From a virus (Duplodnaviria > Heunggongvirae > Uroviricota > Caudoviricetes): a stretch of DNA of 52,952 bases. The stretch's first letter is position 1. Every line of letters starts with the position of its first letter. Below are positions 46,816 to 52,952 of this stretch, one piece after another. Where the stretch lies: IMG/VR virus record IMGVR_UViG_3300010163_000008, positions 64,001-116,952 of that record; one strand, given 5' to 3'. The notes below the pieces were generated by a model, which did not search any database, was not told where the DNA came from, and worked only from the letters and a program-made list of their open reading frames with translations. The position numbers and the translations under genes are program-made.

Positions 46816-48051
46816 ATGGTGTATGTATTAAACATTAATAGCAGTCCTTTAATGCCATGTACAGAGGCTAAAGCTAAGAAGTTATTGCGTAATCATAAAG
46901 CACAAATAGTAAAATATGAACCTTTTACTATTCAACTCTTGTTTGAATGTGAAAATAAGATTCAAGATGTTGTGCTTGGTGTAGACGCAGGGAGTAAACA
47001 CATTGGATTGTCAGCAACAACAGCGACAAAGGAGTTATATGCGGCTGATATTGAGTTAAGAAATGATATTGTTGATTTATTATCTACGCGGAAAGAGCTT
47101 AGAGTGTCAAGACGGCGTAGGTTACGGTATCGTAAGGTTAGATTTAATAATCGCACTCACTCTAAGCATAAAGGATGGCTACCACCATCTGTTAGGCACA
47201 AAATTGACTGCCATTTAAAAGTCGTTGAAGAAGTGTATGGAATCTTACCTATATCACGTATCATTGTTGAAACTGCGTCTTTTGATATACAAAAGATAAA
47301 GAATCCAAATATACAAAGAAAAGAATATCAAGAAGGGGAACAGTCTGGATTCTGGAATGTAAGAGAATATGTATTGTTTAGAGACAATCACACTTGTCAA
47401 CACTGTCATGGGAAATCTAAAGATGATGTATTGAATGTTCATCATATTGAAAGTAGAAAGATAGGGGGTGACGCACCAAATAATCTAATTACATTATGTC
47501 GAACGTGTCATGAGGCATATCACCGTGGCAACATCGAATTGAATTTTAAGCGTGGTAAGTCCTATAAGGACGCTACCTTTATGGGAATTATGAGATGGGC
47601 ATTTTATGAAAAACTTAAAGCGTTATATTTGAATGTGTCCATGACTTATGGATATATTACTAAGAGTATTAGGATTCAATATAATTTGCCTAAAGAGCAT
47701 TATATAGATGCTCGATGTATATCAGGAAATCCACAAGCTCAACCTTTAGGTTATTACTACTATCAGAAAAAAGTACGTTGTCATAATAGACAGATATATA
47801 AAATGAAAATACTTAAAGGAAATAAACGAAAACGAAATCAAGCTGACTACACTGTTAAAGGATTTAGGTTATTCGACAAGGTTAAATATAAAGGTATTAA
47901 GTGTTTTATATTTGCTCGTAGAGTTAGCGGGTATTTTGATATTAGACAATTAGATGGTACTAAAATAAGTGCTAACGCTAACTATAAAAAACTACAACTA
48001 TTACAGATGCGTACAGGGTATCTAACAGAACAACGGACGCAAATTGGATAA
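46816..48051 (+). CDS. iscB: IscB RNA-guided nuclease (PLMP, RuvC, bridge helix, HNH)
   Basis: PLMP; GVDAGSK (RuvC-I); RRRRLRYR; LPPS; IVE (RuvC-II); CQHC..VHHI....GG..PNNLITLC..CH (HNH); HYIDA (RuvC-III). Confidence 0.95.
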   Translation: MVYVLNINSSPLMPCTEAKAKKLLRNHKAQIVKYEPFTIQLLFECENKIQDVVLGVDAGSKHIGLSATTATKELYAADIELRNDIVDLLSTRKELRVSRRRRLRYRKVRFNNRTHSKHKGWLPPSVRHKIDCHLKVVEEVYGILPISRIIVETASFDIQKIKNPNIQRKEYQEGEQSGFWNVREYVLFRDNHTCQHCHGKSKDDVLNVHHIESRKIGGDAPNNLITLCRTCHEAYHRGNIELNFKRGKSYKDATFMGIMRWAFYEKLKALYLNVSMTYGYITKSIRIQYNLPKEHYIDARCISGNPQAQPLGYYYYQKKVRCHNRQIYKMKILKGNKRKRNQADYTVKGFRLFDKVKYKGIKCFIFARRVSGYFDIRQLDGTKISANANYKKLQLLQMRTGYLTEQRTQIG

Positions 48052-48082
48052 TGACTATATCTATATAAAGGAGTTATATAAA

Positions 48083-48991
48083 GTGCAATATAAAAGCTAT
48101 CAACATATTGAGAGGCTTGGAAATGAGAACGTGGAAGGTATTGAATGTGGGAAGTGCATGATATTCCCTAAGATTGACGGCACTAATGGTACGGTGTTCT
48201 TAGGGGACGATGGGCAAGTTCATGCTGGTTCTCGTAGACGTGAATTAACGCTTGATAAAGACAACGCAAACTTTTATGACTATGTTCTACAGCAAGATAA
48301 TCTCAAGGCGTTCTTTAAGGAGCATCCTAATCTTAGGTTGTATGGTGAGTGGCTAGTTCCACACACACTAAGAACATATCGTAAGTCAGCATGGAATAAG
48401 TTTTACGTATTTGATGTTGCAGTAGACGATGAGCATTTTTCTGATGGGTTAATGTACTTATCTTATGAGCAATATCAACCTAAACTAGAGAAGTATGGGA
48501 TTGAATATATTCCCCCTCTTGCGGTTATAACTAATCCTACTTATGAGAACCTAATCAAGTGTATGCAGAAGAATGACTATCTCATCGAGGATGGTCAAGG
48601 TGTAGGTGAAGGTATCGTCATCAAGAATTACGCTTACTGCAATAAGTATGGCAGGACTACATGGGCTAAGATAGTAGCTTCTGAATTTAAGGAGAAGCAC
48701 GTTAAGACTATGGGTGCTCCTGTGATTAATGGCGATATGATTGAGGAACGTATCGTGCTTGACTTCTGTACTTCTGCTTTTGTAGAGAAGGAGTACGCTA
48801 AGATTGTTGAAGTGTGTGGCGGGTGGAAGTCTCAATACATACCTCGTCTACTCAATACAGTTTATCACGAGCTTGTCACAGAAGAGATGTGGAGCATTGT
48901 ACGCAAGTATAAGAATCCAACTATCAATTTTAAAACACTCTACTGCCTTATTGTAGATAAGATAAAGAGTGTAAAGCCTATGCTATTCTAA
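48083..48991 (+). CDS. ATP-dependent RNA ligase (Rnl2-like nucleotidyltransferase)
   Basis: Motifs I KIDGTN, III YGEW, IIIa FDV, IV EGIVIK and V WAKIV; GTG start at 48083 with RBS AAGGAG (the track start at 48044 overlaps iscB). Confidence 0.85.
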   Translation: MQYKSYQHIERLGNENVEGIECGKCMIFPKIDGTNGTVFLGDDGQVHAGSRRRELTLDKDNANFYDYVLQQDNLKAFFKEHPNLRLYGEWLVPHTLRTYRKSAWNKFYVFDVAVDDEHFSDGLMYLSYEQYQPKLEKYGIEYIPPLAVITNPTYENLIKCMQKNDYLIEDGQGVGEGIVIKNYAYCNKYGRTTWAKIVASEFKEKHVKTMGAPVINGDMIEERIVLDFCTSAFVEKEYAKIVEVCGGWKSQYIPRLLNTVYHELVTEEMWSIVRKYKNPTINFKTLYCLIVDKIKSVKPMLF

Positions 48992-48992
48992 T

Positions 48993-49018
48993 GTATAGGG
49001 GATTAATCTCCCCTATAC
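48993..49018 (+). terminator. Stem-loop after the ligase gene
   Basis: GTATAGGGGA/TCCCCTATAC, 10-bp stem; no U tract. Confidence 0.55.
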
Positions 49019-49051
49019 TACAAACTTAAATTTACAAAGGAGAAATATAAA

Positions 49052-49672
49052 ATGTCAACTAAAATTGATTACATGCAGAGATATCAAGCGTTTCGCATAT
49101 TAGAAAGAGGTAAATTTTCAAATGGATATTACACAGCATACAAGTATTCACAAGAGATGTTGAGTGAACTTAAAGAGGATGGCAATGAAGCATATTGTGT
49201 TGTAGACCAGATTGGTAAATATGTGCCTGACAGAGTTTTCCAATTGTGCAATGACACAAAGCTAGTTATGGGGTCTGTGCCAACTTGGTTACAGGGTATT
49301 GCTTGGAAACAAGAGGGCGAACCTACTCCAATCAATTGTTCGTTAACATATTGGGAAGACGAGAGAGTGCAGTTTCGCATCTGCTTGTTTGATTGCAGGC
49401 AAAAGAATTGGATTAAGGAAGACTTGGATGCACTAGAGATAGCTATGACTGACGCTATTGCATCTGCAACGGACGGAAAAGGTATAGTAAGATTTATGTC
49501 TCAAGACGAACTTGTCTCACGTTGTCATGACCTTTCACAAGCTGAACGCAACAGAAGAATGAGAGAGACAGAACCTGATTGGATGTGGATATCTCGTAAA
49601 CACTATGAAGAGACAGGCGTGTGGAGAGATAGATACTGGAATAAGATTGAAGGGAGTAATCCGTTATTTTAA
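49052..49672 (+). CDS. Hypothetical protein
   Basis: 206 aa; RBS AAGGAG. Confidence 0.6.
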   Translation: MSTKIDYMQRYQAFRILERGKFSNGYYTAYKYSQEMLSELKEDGNEAYCVVDQIGKYVPDRVFQLCNDTKLVMGSVPTWLQGIAWKQEGEPTPINCSLTYWEDERVQFRICLFDCRQKNWIKEDLDALEIAMTDAIASATDGKGIVRFMSQDELVSRCHDLSQAERNRRMRETEPDWMWISRKHYEETGVWRDRYWNKIEGSNPLF

Positions 49673-49971
49673 CAGACCCTAAGAAAGTATCGTATAATGA
49701 AGCACTAGCTCATGTTATAGCCCGTTTTCATCGAGCTTATAAATCTCACATATTTACGTGTGAAGTGTGTGGTAAAACTATCGAGCCTATGATAAAAGTA
49801 TGGGGAGATGAAGTACTCTTTTATTCTGACCGTAGTGAGGCAAGGGGAGGTTTGGGTAATAAAGTAATTAAAAAGAATGCGTGTAATGATTGTTTAAGAG
49901 AAATCAATGCGGGTATTAACATTAATGATTGATGAATATATTAATTTGAATAATTCGGAGGTAGAATTATA

Positions 49972-50904
49972 ATGACAAAACAACCAACAATATATATGCT
50001 AGTAGGACTGCCTGGGGCTGGGAAAACTGAATATGCCCATAGAGAAATGAAGGATTGCGATATCTTTTCATCAGACGAACTTAGGGAAGAATTGTTTGGT
50101 GACAGGCGCGACCAAGACCATAATAAAGAGTTGTTTGAGGAACTTCATAAGCGTATCTACAAGAATCTACAAGAAGGACATGATACGGTATATGACGCTA
50201 CTAACATCAACTACAAACGGCGTATACAGTTTATAAAGAATATTCCTTGCGAGTGTGAAAAGAGGTGTATCGTGTTTGCACCTAATATCTCGACCATACT
50301 TTTACGGAATGGACAGAGAGAACACAAAGTGCCACCAGAAGTAATCCAGCATATGTACACATCATTCTATATTCCTTGGTTCTATGAAGGTTGGGATGCG
50401 ATAGCATTGTGTCAAGAAGCCATTCCTGATAAACCATATAGCATTCGTGATATATTCTTTAACCCATCCGGTTTAATCTACTATGACCAGCATAATTCTC
50501 ACCATACTCTTTCGTTAGGCGACCATATGTTAATGGCTCATCAGAATGCTCTTAAGTATTTCCCTCAACTTAAAGACAGTGATTCTTCTGGGTATAAGGC
50601 TATTGAAGAAGCTATCCTCCTTCATGACATAGGCAAAGTGAAGACACAAGTGTTCCACGATACAAAGGGTAATCCCACATCGGAGGCTCATTATTATGGG
50701 CATCATTTGGTTGGTGCTTATGATAGTCTACAAGTAGAGAGTAAATCTGACGACCGTCTTTATAGGGCTGTACTTATTCAATGGCATATGCAACCTTACT
50801 TTCTCAAGAGTGAGAAATCACAAAAAAAATATCGTAAGCTCTGGGGTGATAGTCTATACGATACCATAATGGCTATATATGAGCTTGACAAATCTGCTCA
50901 CTAA
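49972..50904 (+). CDS. Polynucleotide kinase (AAA_33-like P-loop) fused to an HD-domain phosphohydrolase
   Basis: VGLPGAGKT, SSDELR, VYDATN...RR; C-terminal HSHHTL..GDH, LLHDIGK and HMQPY. Confidence 0.85.
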   Translation: MTKQPTIYMLVGLPGAGKTEYAHREMKDCDIFSSDELREELFGDRRDQDHNKELFEELHKRIYKNLQEGHDTVYDATNINYKRRIQFIKNIPCECEKRCIVFAPNISTILLRNGQREHKVPPEVIQHMYTSFYIPWFYEGWDAIALCQEAIPDKPYSIRDIFFNPSGLIYYDQHNSHHTLSLGDHMLMAHQNALKYFPQLKDSDSSGYKAIEEAILLHDIGKVKTQVFHDTKGNPTSEAHYYGHHLVGAYDSLQVESKSDDRLYRAVLIQWHMQPYFLKSEKSQKKYRKLWGDSLYDTIMAIYELDKSAH

Positions 50905-50921
50905 TGTAGTTGGTGATGTAG

Positions 50922-51889
50922 ATGATTGTCACACTCAAACAAGTACACTGTATCAAATTTATTGAACATTATACAAAGCATGAGTTTGACGGATTTAATA
51001 CAGAACAAGCTTCCGATTTTATAGCGCGTTACTTAGAAGAAGCTATTGCAGAATCTACAAAACCAACAGATAAACAGCGAAAATGCGCTTATGCCATTTG
51101 TCAAAGACAACATATTACACATAACTGTTTGACTAAAAGTGAGTATAGCGCATTTATCGCTGACCATACAGACCCAAATTGGATTAGATAGGAGGTGATG
51201 CTAGTGTTATTTGATAGGTTAATTGCTAGTCGTTGCTACAGTGATGCGTTTGAAGGTACTCAATACCATCATGACATGGAAGAGAACCTTGGAGCAATGT
51301 CACCTGTACGCAAAGCAAATAGGACTATGGAAACAATGCCTCGCCAATCTATCTATCGTACATCAGAGCAGAAGTAACTATTACAATACTTTATAGAGGA
51401 AGGTTGATATAATTGTACTATCTACAAAGTGATGAGCATCCCGTAAGAGTTGCAGGACTGCATAGAGCTATTCGGTCACTGAGTGACATTCTGTTCTATG
51501 AAGCTAATCAAACTTATCTACAGGTTTGTGTAGATGATAATAAAAATATCTATGTATGCTATTTGTATGAACCAAATCAGCGTAAGTTGACACAGACTTA
51601 TACAGTTACAAAGTGCTTTGATGGTATCTACAAGTATAGCGACTTCACGGGTCATGTTAATACCCATGATAAGTATATATACTATCTGTTCAAACCACTA
51701 GAGGACGAAGCTACATTCACGTATACAATACCACTGTCTGCTACTCCGTATTCGTATGACCAGTGTGTAGATATGGGCGAAGAGTCATTATTTAATTATG
51801 TGGCTGAGTGTAAGTCAAGTTGTGTAATGGAGCTTTTGTCTGGCGAACGTCCACCTATAAAAATAAACATGCCCTCTGTAACACCGTAA
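50922..51889 (+). CDS. Three small hypothetical ORFs (50922..51191, ~51204..51377, 51413..51889)
   Basis: RBS-linked ORFs with no recognisable domains. Confidence 0.45.
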
Positions 51890-52032
51890 AGAAAGGGTGA
51901 TGTAGATGTGGGTATAACTATTAATCCTGATATATTTGGTGGATATGACATTATTACTAGCTCTGTATGTGGTAATCATATCATATATGGAGAACCAGAA
52001 TCTACTATTGACAACGAAAAGGAGATTGACAC

Positions 52033-52578
52033 ATGATAGTAGTAAATTTCTTTGCACCACCCGGCGCAGGCAAATCTACAACAGCAGCGTTTGTGTTTTC
52101 ACAACTCAAGATGGAAGGCATTAATGCTGAACTTATAACAGAGTTTGCTAAAGATAAGACGTGGGAACATAATAGTGTGGCATTAGCTAATCAAATGTAC
52201 ATAACGGGTAAACAGTTTTATAAGCTCTCAAGAGTAGATGGTCAGGTTGATATCGCAGTTGTGGATTCACCGTTGCCTCTTAGTATTCTCTATAACGACA
52301 ATCCTATACTTGGAGAGGACTTTAATAAGACAGTCATGAATCTGTTTAACTCATACGCCAATATGAACTTCTACATTAATAGGGTCAAGGAGTATAATCC
52401 CAAGGGATGTAACCAGACAGAGGCAGAGAGTGACGAGATAGGGCAACGGCTCAGAACTATACTCACTCAGTATGACATACCGTGTACTGAGATTAATGGC
52501 GATAGAATAGGAGCACGCTTTGCCTTAAATACTATATTAGAACGGTACAAACAACTCAAAAATAGTGCAAAACTATAA
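52033..52578 (+). CDS. P-loop nucleotide kinase (AAA_28/NadR-like)
   Basis: APPGAGKST, EFAKD, VDSPLPLS, YNP.G..Q.E.E. Confidence 0.75.
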   Translation: MIVVNFFAPPGAGKSTTAAFVFSQLKMEGINAELITEFAKDKTWEHNSVALANQMYITGKQFYKLSRVDGQVDIAVVDSPLPLSILYNDNPILGEDFNKTVMNLFNSYANMNFYINRVKEYNPKGCNQTEAESDEIGQRLRTILTQYDIPCTEINGDRIGARFALNTILERYKQLKNSAKL

Positions 52579-52685
52579 AGAGTTTATATAAAATTTTGAG
52601 TTTCTTCACCATAATTGGGTTTGAGGTAGTTATTTTGTTCATTTTTTGATATATTTGTTTAGAAAATAACAAGAATATTATATTA

Positions 52686-52725
52686 AATAGCGTACAGTTG
52701 TTATCGGCTGTGCGTTATTTTTTTT
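52686..52725 (+). terminator. Rho-independent terminator (probably bidirectional)
   Basis: AATAGCGTACAG/CTGTGCGTTATT stem plus T run, between convergent genes. Confidence 0.75.
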
Positions 52726-52822
52726 ATTTAAATTACAAATAGTATATCAAGTTAATTATCGAGAGATAATATAATATGTATAATTATTATTATCTAAATA
52801 ATTTTAAAGGGTTTATTTATGA

Positions 52823-52951
52823 TTATTTAGATAATATAATTTCCCTCTTTTTCCAATCCTTCACGTTATCTTCAATATACTTGTATACTTGACATACAAT
52901 ATCATTACTCACAACTTCATTCTCTATATTAACATCCTTGTCCACTACGTC
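52823..52951 (-). CDS. 3' end of a convergent gene (partial; acidic, faintly sigma-factor-like)
   Basis: DVVDKDVNIENEVVSNDIVCQVYKYIEDNVKDWKKREIILSK*; only 42 aa visible. Confidence 0.3.
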   Translation of the reverse strand, partial: DVVDKDVNIENEVVSNDIVCQVYKYIEDNVKDWKKREIILSK

Positions 52952-52952
52952 A

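Overview
A 53-kb slice of a large, AT-rich Firmicute-type siphophage whose gene order resembles the SPbeta/YonO group; the host is probably clostridial (inference). The left ~41.7 kb is on the minus strand. Reading right to left it carries a YonO-like single-subunit RNA polymerase; an early block (PIN-PhoH, ClpP-like, HU, radical SAM, Ro60/TROVE with three Y-RNA-like and two tRNA-like elements); then the late module (holin-like, phosphoesterase, terminase, portal, protease/scaffold, capsid, neck, major tail, RecU, tyrosine recombinase, tape measure running off the left edge). After a divergent promoter pair and a ~650-bp very AT-rich tract, the right part is on the plus strand: an EcoRI-type methyltransferase frameshifted at a G7 run, ThyX-like, IscB, RNA ligase, PNK-HD and a kinase. 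Three selfish nucleases each sit inside a phage gene: an HNH in a group I intron in the major tail gene, a TnpB in a group I intron (IStron-like, no tnpA), and an IscB/omegaRNA cassette in the RNA ligase gene, where a recoded duplicate of the 16-codon N-terminus appears to restore the gene. All functional calls come from motifs read by eye; no database searches or folding programs were run.
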